Of a DNA stretch of 64,000 nucleotides, positions 9,030 through 17,926 are shown one piece after another. A model generated the notes under the pieces. The model searched no databases. It saw only the letters and a list, made by a program, of their open reading frames with translations, and was not told the origin of the DNA. Source of the DNA: Patescibacteria group bacterium (GTDB taxonomy: Bacteria; Patescibacteriota; Minisyncoccia; UBA6257; GWB1-50-10); NCBI GenBank assembly GCA_023474215.1, contig JAMCYI010000006.1:1452-65451 (forward strand), written 5' to 3'. A program made the position numbers and the translations under genes. How positions within the stretch are numbered: the first letter of the stretch is position 1; the number at the start of each line of letters is the position of its first letter.

Positions 9030-9328
9030 AAAAGACAAACACGGAAATTCTCGAAAAACAATTCCGGTCGCTGAAGCTCTCCAACCGACACGACGACCGC
9101 CGCAATGCAGCGGAACATGCTTACGCCTTGGCCGTTATCTTCAAAAACCAAGGCAAGATGCAGAAAGCCCGCCAGTTTGCAAAAGCGTCGATCGATCTCT
9201 TCGACGAAAATCAGGGGAAAAATCCGAACGACTACGCTCCCCAAAATGTCACAATCGGTGACGTTCCCATGCCGAGCTCGTACATTCACAGCGGTGTCGT
9301 CAAAGACCGCCTGAAAGCCCTCTTCTAA
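9026..9328 (+). CDS. Hypothetical helical protein
   Basis: ATGA overlap with the ndk stop; 100 aa. Confidence 0.65.
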   Translation: MKKTNTEILEKQFRSLKLSNRHDDRRNAAEHAYALAVIFKNQGKMQKARQFAKASIDLFDENQGKNPNDYAPQNVTIGDVPMPSSYIHSGVVKDRLKALF

Positions 9329-9402
9329 ACGATATAAAGGCCCCCGTGGCCGGCCACTTCTTCGGAAGTGGCTTTCTCTTTTTCAGCTCCCTCTTTACTT
9401 TG

Positions 9403-9475
9403 GCCCCCCGTTCTCCTCGAATTTTCGAAGGAGAGCGGGGGGCCTGCAATTTTTGAAGGAGAGCGGGGGGCGGAA
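9403..9475. repeat. Dispersed repeat family A (hairpin plus tandem arm)
   Basis: gccccccgttctcctcgaattttcgaaggagagcggggggcc..aatttttgaaggagagcggggggcggaa, near-identical to 29053-29125. Confidence 0.9.
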
Positions 9476-9629
9476 ACTTTGGGGATAAATGAAAACGCCG
9501 GGCATAAAGCCCGACGTTATAAGAAAAAGAGGGGGTGTGGCCCTTTTAGGACCCCTAGGACCCGGCCACGGGGTTTCTTTTCCCAGGGGACATTACAGTA
9601 TACGTTAAATCCGCCCAAAATGTAACAGG

Positions 9630-10979
9630 CTAGTTATCCCCACCTCCGCTATTGTCGCCTCCCCTGTTATTCATCATGTTTTGGAGCTGCGGCAAGATGC
9701 CGTTCAGCGAGGATGTTGCCGGCATCATGGGAGCATTATCGCCTCCCGGCCGAACCGGCATGCCTGCCGGCCCTTGCCCCTGCCCTTCTCCTTCACCCGA
9801 TTGCGTGCTCGTCCCGAATGCCTGCACACAACTTGCAATGATCTGGCCGAGATTCGTGCTCGACGGATTTGCAAGAAGGTACGGCTGGACGCAGCTCTTC
9901 ACCCGGTCCGGCAAATTCATGCCGTCAAGCTGGTTTTGTATCGATTCCCGGTTCCGCTCTTGATTCTGAGTATCCCCTTGGTTTTGCTCTTGATTCTGAT
10001 TTTGCTCTTGAGTGCTCGTCTGACTTTGTTCCCCTTCCGGAGCTTGGCTTTCCGGACCCTTCAAGCATTCCTTGATCCGCTCCCCCATATCGGGGGCAAT
10101 CGCGCCGAAATTCCCTTCTTGTAGGTCGGGGATCGTCGACGTTCCGATATTTTGAAGACAGCCCTGCACCGTCGTCGAAGCGTTTTGGATCAAATTCTGG
10201 AATCTGTTTTGGATCTGGTTCTTGTAAGCATTGAAGCACGAGGCGACGGCGGCGCTCGTCGAAGCGTTCGGCGTGATGTTCCCGCTTTCAAGTTCGCCGA
10301 CCGCATTGTCGCCGAGTTCGCCCTTCAAGCAGGAGACCACCTGCCCCGGGAATGCGGTAAGGCCGATTTTCAAGCCCGTCGCGCTTTGCTGGATGTTTTT
10401 CGCCTGCACTTCAGAGATCAAGCCGTTCTGCTTTGCGAAGTTCAAACATACGCTTTGATTCTGCGGATTATTGCAGAATGCGGTGCACGATTGTTCCGAA
10501 TCGCAGCCGCCGGGCCCTTTGCCTGCATTTTGCTGGATCGCCTGCACTTGCGCTTGACTTACGAATCCCTCCCGTTCGGCAAAGGCCAAACATTCGCTCG
10601 CATGGCTTGAATCCGAACAGTATGTGCGGCATTCGCCCGCCGAAGAACAATTTCCCGGCGTTCCCCCGCTTTGGATCAAGGAAAGGAACGACTGCGCCCG
10701 ACGGACCTGCTCTTGCGTCATCAAATGATTTTGTTCGGCAAAAGCAAGGCAAGCATTTTCATTCGCCGGATTATTGCAATAGGTCCGGCAATCGTTGACG
10801 CTCCCGCAATTCCCGAGCGCTGCGATCGGATATTGCAAAGACGACGGCGAAACGATCGTACTCGACGCCGACGTCGTGACCGTCGTCGTTTGAGCGTTTG
10901 TCACGAGAACGTGCGACACAAAAAGCCCCATCCCGAGAATGACCACCGACAAAGCGATGGAAAAAGTTTTGTTTTTCAT
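9630..10979 (-). CDS. Secreted Cys-repeat, Gln-rich surface protein
   Basis: Signal peptide, Thr/Ser linker, three GxCxSxxxCxxY/FC...CLxFA repeats, Q-rich tracts. Confidence 0.8.
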   Translation of the reverse strand: MKNKTFSIALSVVILGMGLFVSHVLVTNAQTTTVTTSASSTIVSPSSLQYPIAALGNCGSVNDCRTYCNNPANENACLAFAEQNHLMTQEQVRRAQSFLSLIQSGGTPGNCSSAGECRTYCSDSSHASECLAFAEREGFVSQAQVQAIQQNAGKGPGGCDSEQSCTAFCNNPQNQSVCLNFAKQNGLISEVQAKNIQQSATGLKIGLTAFPGQVVSCLKGELGDNAVGELESGNITPNASTSAAVASCFNAYKNQIQNRFQNLIQNASTTVQGCLQNIGTSTIPDLQEGNFGAIAPDMGERIKECLKGPESQAPEGEQSQTSTQEQNQNQEQNQGDTQNQERNRESIQNQLDGMNLPDRVKSCVQPYLLANPSSTNLGQIIASCVQAFGTSTQSGEGEGQGQGPAGMPVRPGGDNAPMMPATSSLNGILPQLQNMMNNRGGDNSGGGDN

Positions 10980-10980
10980 G

Positions 10981-11220
10981 TTATTGGCCGAATGGATTGG
11001 TTTGCGGCAAGCTCTGCGGTACCGCAGCTTGGGGAGCGACGTTCGAGTAGATCTGAGCTCCCAAGCTCTGCGTGCTGCTGGTGGTGGCAGGAGCAGCCGG
11101 CGCCGAGTTCGCGTTCGAGGCAGGAGTTTGAGGCTTCGCTCCCACGAAAACGAAGAACACGACGAGGGCGACCACTAAAACCACTATAGCTACAACGAGC
11201 CAGGTTATTTGAGGTTTCAT
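10981..11220 (-). CDS. Small membrane-anchored Pro/Ala/Thr-rich protein
   Basis: N-terminal TM, low-complexity tail ending TNPFGQ; TGGTATAAT 6 nt before ATG. Confidence 0.75.
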   Translation of the reverse strand: MKPQITWLVVAIVVLVVALVVFFVFVGAKPQTPASNANSAPAAPATTSSTQSLGAQIYSNVAPQAAVPQSLPQTNPFGQ

Positions 11221-11242
11221 ACTTTTATTATACCAAAAAGCG

Positions 11243-12442
11243 CTACGCAATTCTCACGAGCTCGTTGAATTTGAAAATCCGCTCCCGGGCGGGGGCGCCG
11301 ATCTTCACGCCGTATGCGCCTGCAGCCTTCGCTACATGGATGATAAATGCGTCGTCGGTCTCTCCCGATCGGTGGGAAACGATGGTCCGTATCCCCCTCT
11401 CGTGGGCGCCTTGTACGGCCTCGATCGCTTCGGTCACCGTCCCCGCCTGGTTCGGCTTTATGATAACGCCCCCGATCAACCCCTTTTCCGCACATTCTTC
11501 GATGAGTCGGCGGTTGGTCACCGTAAGATCGTCGCCCACCACTATCCTCCCTTCGAGTTTCTTTGAAAGCAAAGCAAAGCCCGCCGTGTCGCGTTCCGAA
11601 AATGGATCTTCGATGGAATACAAAGCCGGGACTTTCTTGCAATACCCTTCGTAAATCCCGGCAAGCTTCGGAGCGGTCACTTTTTTGCCGCCGAAGGAAT
11701 ACGCACCGCCGGAGAAGAATCCATTCGCCGCGGCATCCATTCCCAAGCGGAAGGTTCCGGACAAACCCTTCTTCCGTACGAGGTCCGAGAGGATGGCCAA
11801 CGGCTCAAAGTTATTTTTGAAATCCAAAGAATACCCGCCCTCGTCGCCGATCGGAATGTTCGAAACGCGTTTCATCGTGCCGAGTTTTTCGCCGAGGTCG
11901 CGGTAAAACGAAATGAGCCTTTTGACCGCGCTCTTCACGTCGCCCTGCGTCTTGACGAGCACCATATACTCCTGGATATCGAGATCGTTCCGGGCGTGCT
12001 CGCCGCCGTTTATGAGATTCGAAAATATCACGGGCTTCCACGTCCTCTGTGCCGCCTTTCCAAAGAATTCCTTTTGCAAGGATTCCCACAGTTCCATTTT
12101 TCGGTTTGCCGACAGGGCGCGCGCAAAGGCCATGGAAAGCCCCAGCATCACGTTGCCGCCGATCATGCGCTTGTCCTCCGTTCCGTCGAGTTTGATCAAA
12201 AATTCGTCGAACGATCGCTGATTCGGAAAATCCTTCCCTTTCAGCGCAGCAAGTCTTCTTAAATTCTTCGCACTCGATGCTTCGGTAAAGCCTACGACCG
12301 CGGCTTCGCGCGATCCCCGGCTCTTGCCGGCCGGAACCGATGCGTAAAAGGCAAAGCCGTTACCGACCGCAATGCCCGCTTCGATCGTGGAATTTCCCCG
12401 CGAGTCGAAGATCTCGTCGATTGCAAAATCTTTTACCCTCAT
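11243..12442 (-). CDS. eno: Enolase (divergent)
   Basis: DSRGN, NGGEHA, GDEGG, SIEDPF, VGDDL, KPNQ, SHRSGET. Confidence 0.93.
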   Translation of the reverse strand: MRVKDFAIDEIFDSRGNSTIEAGIAVGNGFAFYASVPAGKSRGSREAAVVGFTEASSAKNLRRLAALKGKDFPNQRSFDEFLIKLDGTEDKRMIGGNVMLGLSMAFARALSANRKMELWESLQKEFFGKAAQRTWKPVIFSNLINGGEHARNDLDIQEYMVLVKTQGDVKSAVKRLISFYRDLGEKLGTMKRVSNIPIGDEGGYSLDFKNNFEPLAILSDLVRKKGLSGTFRLGMDAAANGFFSGGAYSFGGKKVTAPKLAGIYEGYCKKVPALYSIEDPFSERDTAGFALLSKKLEGRIVVGDDLTVTNRRLIEECAEKGLIGGVIIKPNQAGTVTEAIEAVQGAHERGIRTIVSHRSGETDDAFIIHVAKAAGAYGVKIGAPARERIFKFNELVRIA

Positions 12443-12446
12443 TCTC

Positions 12447-13454
12447 TTACTCTTTCACCACGTTCGTCGGCGTGCCGGATGCGAACGCTTTGATATTTCC
12501 GATTGTCGTTGCAAGGATCCGCTGGAGCGCCTCTTTGGTGTTGAATGCATTGTGCGGAGTGATGAGAACTTTCGGATGCTTCATCAACATATCATTCTCG
12601 AGCACGGTCTTCAAACCTCCCCCCGCTGCCGCCGAACCCGACAAAAACTCGAACTCGTTCTTCGTGCCGCCTTCTTCCTCCAAAACATCCAACGCGACAC
12701 CGCCGAAAATATCCTCTTTGAGCCCCTGGATCACCGCATCGGTCTCAACCACCGCACCGCGGGACGTGTTCACGAGATATACCCCCTTCTTGAGAAGCGA
12801 TACGTTCTTCGTATTGATCAAATGTTCCGTTTGGGGCGTCAGCGGGCAATGCAGCGAGATCGCATCCGCGCTCTTCAAAAGCTCCTCGAGCGTGACATAC
12901 TTGACGTCGAACGCTTTTGCAAAATCATAGTCGGGATAAAGATCGTACGCATAGACCGTCATGCCGAATCCTTTTGCGATCCGAATCGCTTCCTTTCCAA
13001 TGCGGCCGGTCCCCACGATGCCCATGATCTTTCCCTTCAAATCGATCCCTTCAAGGCCCTCCAGCGAGAACGATTCCGTTTCTTTGACTTGATCGATCGC
13101 CCAATAAATCCGGCGCGTGAGGTTCAACAGGAGGCCGAACGCATACTCGGCGACGGTATTGTCGCCGTACCCCGGCACAGAGCTCACCGTGATCCCTTTC
13201 GCCCGGCACGCCGCAAGGTCGATGTGGTCGAAACCGGTCGAGCGCGTCGTGATGAGCTTGACGTTCGGGAAATTCCCCACGATCGAGGCGTCGATCTTTG
13301 TACCGATGAAAGTCGAAATGACGTCGAAATCCTTCTCTGGAGGCAGATTTTCCGCCGTAAGCTTTTCCTTCGAATAATAGACCTCATCCGTCGGGAAGGA
13401 TTGTTTGATCGTTTCGTTTTCCCACCCCTCTAATTCAAAGAATGCAATTTTCAT
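12447..13454 (-). CDS. D-2-hydroxyacid dehydrogenase (D-lactate dehydrogenase-like)
   Basis: RSTGFDHID, GTGRIG, SLHCP, NTSRG, ITPHNAF. Confidence 0.92.
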   Translation of the reverse strand: MKIAFFELEGWENETIKQSFPTDEVYYSKEKLTAENLPPEKDFDVISTFIGTKIDASIVGNFPNVKLITTRSTGFDHIDLAACRAKGITVSSVPGYGDNTVAEYAFGLLLNLTRRIYWAIDQVKETESFSLEGLEGIDLKGKIMGIVGTGRIGKEAIRIAKGFGMTVYAYDLYPDYDFAKAFDVKYVTLEELLKSADAISLHCPLTPQTEHLINTKNVSLLKKGVYLVNTSRGAVVETDAVIQGLKEDIFGGVALDVLEEEGGTKNEFEFLSGSAAAGGGLKTVLENDMLMKHPKVLITPHNAFNTKEALQRILATTIGNIKAFASGTPTNVVKE

Positions 13455-13519
13455 AATTTGATTATAGCACGGGCGACCCGTATTGAGCACCCGGCATTCG
13501 GCGAATTATAATAGAACAT

Positions 13520-14212
13520 ATGAATACTTACCAATCAAAATTATTGAAGAAAGAGGAGGTCGCACGAGGCACGACGGCCTTCCACTTCGAAAAACCGAAA
13601 GGGTTCACGTTCGTGGCCGGTCAGTACGCCGACCTCACCATCCTCGATCCCGCAGAAACCGACCAAGAAGGCAACATCCGGACATTCTCGATCGCGAGCG
13701 CTCCCTTCGACCCCGATCTCGTCTTCGCGACCCGCATGCGCGATACCGCATTCAAGCGGCAACTCGGAAAGATGCCCGAAGGCACGGCGCTTCAGATCGA
13801 CGGGCCGTACGGATCGTTCACGCTCCACGCGAAAAAGGAACGCCCAGCCGTCTTCATCGCCGGCGGCATCGGCATCACACCCTTCATGAGCATCCTTAGA
13901 ACCGCGGGGAAGGAAAAACCCGACCGGAAATTCTATCTTTTTTATTCCAATCATGCCAAAAATGACGCCGCATTTCTCGACGAGCTTTCGCGCTTGACCG
14001 AAGAAATACCGGATTTCACGTTCGTCCCCGTCATGTCGGATACGGAAGGGCATATCACCGACCAAACCGTCAGGAAGCACATTCAGCGCATCGACGGCCC
14101 CGTTTATTATCTTGCAGGACCCCCGGCGATGGTCGCCGCCATGCGGGAAATGCTTGCTGGTATGGGCATTTCCGAAGATGACATTCGATTCGAGGAATTC
14201 AGCGGCTACTAG
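13520..14212 (+). CDS. FAD/NAD(P)-binding oxidoreductase (FNR-like)
   Basis: RTFSIAS, DGPYG, AGGIGITPF, AGPPAM, EEFSGY. Confidence 0.9.
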   Translation: MNTYQSKLLKKEEVARGTTAFHFEKPKGFTFVAGQYADLTILDPAETDQEGNIRTFSIASAPFDPDLVFATRMRDTAFKRQLGKMPEGTALQIDGPYGSFTLHAKKERPAVFIAGGIGITPFMSILRTAGKEKPDRKFYLFYSNHAKNDAAFLDELSRLTEEIPDFTFVPVMSDTEGHITDQTVRKHIQRIDGPVYYLAGPPAMVAAMREMLAGMGISEDDIRFEEFSGY

Positions 14213-14226
14213 AGTTAACAAAATTT

Positions 14227-14357
14227 TAATTTCAAAATCTTAAATTCTAAATAAATTCCAATGTTCCAAATTCAAAATACTAAACCCGCGCGTTTCGGTC
14301 ATTATGATTTTTGATTTCGGTATTGTTTAGGATTTAGTGCTTAGGATTTAGAGTTTC
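14227..14357. repeat. AT-rich imperfect inverted element with 7-bp periodicity (family C)
   Basis: Left arm of aaatYct-like heptamers, right arm of aggattt-like heptamers; closely similar copy at 59605-59734. Confidence 0.85.
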
Positions 14358-14367
14358 GACTAAATTT

Positions 14368-15033
14368 ATGACTTCAGAGCAACTAAAAATAAGAAAAGCT
14401 CGCGCGAGGAAAATTGTTGCTACTTTGAAAAAGCTTTTCCCGAAAGCCTCGATCGCCCTCACATACCGCACCAACTGGGAACTTTTGGTTGCCGTCGAAC
14501 TCTCGGCCCAGTGCACGGACAAGAAAGTAAACGAAGTGACAAAGGAGCTTTTCAAGAAATACTGGAAATTGGATGACTACGTGCATGCCAAGCAAAGCGA
14601 ATTCGAACAAGATATTCGGGCGACCGGCTTTTACCGCAATAAAGCGAGGAACATCCTCGCGGCGGCGAAGATCGTGAAAGAAAAATTCCACGGGAAGATC
14701 CCGCGGACCATGGAAGAAATCCTCACCATTCCCGGCGTCGCGCGGAAGACGGCGAACGTCGTCCTCGGGAACGCGTACGGCGTCGTGGAAGGGATCGCCG
14801 TCGACACCCACGTGCGGCGGCTCGCCTTGAAGCTCGGCCTCACCGACCACGACGATCCCGTGAAGATCGAACGGGATCTCATGGAGATCTTCCCGAAGAA
14901 AGACTGGTTCAAGCTCACGTACTGGCTCATTGAATACGGACGGCACGTGTGCCCCGCGCGCCCGCACGATTGCATAAATCATCCATTGACGAAAATTTAT
15001 CCGCCGGCCGCAAACATCTGGCCGAAGCACTAG
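14368..15033 (+). CDS. nth: Endonuclease III
   Basis: LSAQCTD, GFYRNKA, HhH PGVARKTANVV, AVDTHV. Confidence 0.92.
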   Translation: MTSEQLKIRKARARKIVATLKKLFPKASIALTYRTNWELLVAVELSAQCTDKKVNEVTKELFKKYWKLDDYVHAKQSEFEQDIRATGFYRNKARNILAAAKIVKEKFHGKIPRTMEEILTIPGVARKTANVVLGNAYGVVEGIAVDTHVRRLALKLGLTDHDDPVKIERDLMEIFPKKDWFKLTYWLIEYGRHVCPARPHDCINHPLTKIYPPAANIWPKH

Positions 15034-15040
15034 GGGCCCA

Positions 15041-15118
15041 CTGATTACCTCTTTCTCAGGCTGTCTCCGGGGCGACGCCCAAGTCTTAGCCTTCGTAAGA
15101 GGTAATCAGCTCGCTTTT
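15041..15118 (+). repeat. Structured element family D, copy 1
   Basis: 41-nt core 15055-15095 closed by stem ctgattacctct/agaggtaatcag, then ctcgctttt. Confidence 0.85.
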
Positions 15119-15190
15119 GAGAGATTGAAGATAGGGTTTAGGGATCAGGAGCTTTTTACTATACCCCATACCCTATTCCCTGTACCCTCG

Positions 15191-15532
15191 CTAATAGGCT
15201 TTTTGGGTGACGTTCTCGCATCCCGGAGGGATGATGCACCGCGTTCCGACGTCCGGCCCCGGCATGCAGTTCACCCACTCCGGGCAGCTCGAAAGCGCCT
15301 TCGTGCTCGATTCATCGATGGGTGCAGCGGCGGTCGACGTCGCTGCAGGTGCCGCGGACTCGCCGCATTCCGATACCGGCATCGGCGCCGATGGATGTCC
15401 GTGCTCAACCCACTGACCATTGACGCAAAGCCATGCGTCTTCGCCACTCCCAATGAGCCTTCCGACGGCCGCCACGACGGCAATGAGAAACAAAATGCTC
15501 CCGAAAAGCAAGACCCCCTTTTTCTTTTGCAT
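15191..15532 (-). CDS. Small exported Cys-containing protein
   Basis: N-terminal TM, EDAWLCVNGQWVEHGHP and CPEWVNCMP..CIIPPGC modules. Confidence 0.8.
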   Translation of the reverse strand: MQKKKGVLLFGSILFLIAVVAAVGRLIGSGEDAWLCVNGQWVEHGHPSAPMPVSECGESAAPAATSTAAAPIDESSTKALSSCPEWVNCMPGPDVGTRCIIPPGCENVTQKAY

Positions 15533-15539
15533 ATTTCAA

Positions 15540-17459
15540 CTATACCACAGTCGCCTTGAGCTTCGTCTTCAAAAAATAGATCTGAAAAACGTTCACGACG
15601 GGGAAAAAGTCCGTCACGAAGTTGTAGGCAGCGGCGCCCGTCGGACCCAAGACGCCGCCGAAAACCAAGACCAAGCCGAGCGCGTTCGTGACCCCCCAAA
15701 TCCAGAAATTGTTGTTGATGATCCGCATCGATTTTTTGCTCAAAAACATGAGCTCGGGGATCTTTTTCACGCTGTCGTGCATCAAGGCGATGTCGGCCGC
15801 TTCGATCGCCGCATCCGACCCGATCGCGCCCATCGCGATCGACACATCCGCAAGCGCGAGCGATGCTGCGTCGTTCACGCCATCCCCCATCATGGCGAGA
15901 TCGCCGGGATATTTTTTCTTGATCTCTTTCAGGATCCGAAGCTTATCTTCCGGCTTCAAATTGGCGTGGTACTCGTCGAGGCCGACCTCGTCGGAAACTT
16001 TCTTCGCCACCCGCTCATTGTCACCGGTAAGCATAATCCAATGTTCGGCACCAAGCTTTCTTGTTTCGGCAACGCTCGACTTCGCGAGTGGCCGCAGTTC
16101 ATCCTCCATAACCATGAGACCGACGAGGCGCCCGTCGGATCCGAAAGCGGTCAAACTGTATCCCTTCTCCTCCAGTTCGGCTATTTTTTTCTTTTCCTCT
16201 TCGGTGAATTTTATTCCGTTTGATTCCAAAAACGATATCTTCCCGGCATAGTAGCTTTTCTTTTCCTTGGTAACGGCAATACCGTCTCCCGGCGTTTCGT
16301 GGAACTCGTCCGGCGACGGGAACGATATGCCTTTTTCTTTCAAGAACTTCAGCATCGCGAGGCTCACCGGATGGCGGGAATTCACCTGGCAGGTCCCCAC
16401 GAGTTTCAGAAAATCGTTTTCGGCGATGTCGCCGAACCGGACGATGTCGACGACATGCGCCATCCCTTTCGTGAGTGTGCCGGTCTTGTCGGTCACGAAC
16501 GTCTTAAGCTTCCGGATCCTCTCGAAGATGGCCGCACCTTTCACGATGACACCTTCTTTGCCCGCCTTTGCGATCGCGATCGTGAACCCGAGAGGCACCG
16601 CAACCGCAATATCGTCGGCACACGTCACGAGAAGAACGGAAAGAACGAGATTCAAGTCGCCGGAAGCAACATACAAAATGAATGAACCTACAAGGGAAAG
16701 GATGATGTAATACGTACTGAACCGGTCGGCGATCCGCTCGATCGACGTCTTCGCGCGCGAGGCCTCATCGACGAGCGCGATCATCTTCGCGAGCGTCGTG
16801 TCGGCGCCGACCTTCTCCGCCCGCACGAGAAGCGAGCCGGAATCGTTCAAGGTGGAACTCCAAACTTTGTCTCCCTCTTTCTTCGTCACATGCTCGCTCT
16901 CACCCGTCAAGGATGACTCATCGATGCTTGCTTGACCCTGAACAATCGCCCCGTCGACCGGGACCCGTTCGCCCGATTCAACGACGACGAGGTCGCCGAT
17001 TTTCACTCGGTCAATTGGGATCTCTTCCAATTTGTCACCCACTTTGATTTTCACCCGGTCCGGTCGGAGTTTCATGAGGTGCTCAATCACATGCTTCGTC
17101 CGGACTTCCGTGAAATTGTCGAAAAGGCGGGCGGAAGCGAGCATCAAGTTGATAAAGGCGGCCGAAAGCCACTCGCCTTTGATGAACGTGAAGGCGAGCG
17201 CGATCGAAGCCAAAAGATCTATCGTGATCTTCCGGCGCCAGATCGCTTTTGCTGCGCTCCATGCGACCGGCAGAACGCCCGCGATGGAAACGATGACCAA
17301 GATGTTGTTTTCAAGGGCCGGAGAAAAGAATTTCAGCCATGCCGAAAGAAGCGCTACAACCAAAACGGCGATGAGCGCTTCGTTGAAGGCGATGTTCCAG
17401 CGAAGATCCCCTTTTTCCTGTTCCTTATTTTTTTCTTTATCTTTTCTTTCCTGCAACAA
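15540..17459 (-). CDS. Heavy-metal translocating P1B-type ATPase
   Basis: LTGES, DKTGT, SRHP, MLTGDN, GDGVNDA; TTG start. Confidence 0.92.
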   Translation of the reverse strand: MLQERKDKEKNKEQEKGDLRWNIAFNEALIAVLVVALLSAWLKFFSPALENNILVIVSIAGVLPVAWSAAKAIWRRKITIDLLASIALAFTFIKGEWLSAAFINLMLASARLFDNFTEVRTKHVIEHLMKLRPDRVKIKVGDKLEEIPIDRVKIGDLVVVESGERVPVDGAIVQGQASIDESSLTGESEHVTKKEGDKVWSSTLNDSGSLLVRAEKVGADTTLAKMIALVDEASRAKTSIERIADRFSTYYIILSLVGSFILYVASGDLNLVLSVLLVTCADDIAVAVPLGFTIAIAKAGKEGVIVKGAAIFERIRKLKTFVTDKTGTLTKGMAHVVDIVRFGDIAENDFLKLVGTCQVNSRHPVSLAMLKFLKEKGISFPSPDEFHETPGDGIAVTKEKKSYYAGKISFLESNGIKFTEEEKKKIAELEEKGYSLTAFGSDGRLVGLMVMEDELRPLAKSSVAETRKLGAEHWIMLTGDNERVAKKVSDEVGLDEYHANLKPEDKLRILKEIKKKYPGDLAMMGDGVNDAASLALADVSIAMGAIGSDAAIEAADIALMHDSVKKIPELMFLSKKSMRIINNNFWIWGVTNALGLVLVFGGVLGPTGAAAYNFVTDFFPVVNVFQIYFLKTKLKATVV

Positions 17460-17531
17460 TCAAATTCTACCATACCAAAAGGAAAACGGCTGTCATCGCG
17501 CGTATGACAGCCGCAGGTTTTGGGGGAAATC

Positions 17532-17819
17532 CTATCCCCCGAGGTTTCCGAGATTCCAGAGCTCGTCCGAATCCATCGATCCGATTGGAATGCCAACCGG
17601 GTAACAATCTCCGACGCCGGCCGTTACAGGGATGGTAACTCCCTTAAAAATGAGAATTTCTCCCTTCTGGAGCGAGCCATGGTACTTGCTCATGCACACA
17701 CCGCAAAGAACTCCGATCTTTTCATTGTTCTTCTGAAGAACATACACCGTTTCCCCATTCTTAACGAGACCACGGTGTGCAACGCAATGCACGAGCGTTT
17801 CCATCTCAACTTGATCCAT
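17532..17819 (-). CDS. Hypothetical Cys/His-containing ORFan
   Basis: ATG 17819 with gagagg SD; HCVAH and CGVC; own promoter and downstream hairpin. Confidence 0.6.
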   Translation of the reverse strand: MDQVEMETLVHCVAHRGLVKNGETVYVLQKNNEKIGVLCGVCMSKYHGSLQKGEILIFKGVTIPVTAGVGDCYPVGIPIGSMDSDELWNLGNLGG

Positions 17820-17888
17820 ATTGATGCCTCTCTTTTTTGAGTGATCAGATAATGGAAGATAGCAAAAAGAACAAACTCTATGGTTTTC

Positions 17889-17917
17889 AATATACCAGAA
17901 AATTGACAAAATGTCAA
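17889..17917 (-). promoter_or_regulatory. Sigma70-type promoter
   Basis: TTGACA-17nt-TATATT; the -35 lies in the palindrome attgacaaaatgtcaat. Confidence 0.65.
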
Positions 17918-17926
17918 TCCTCCAGC

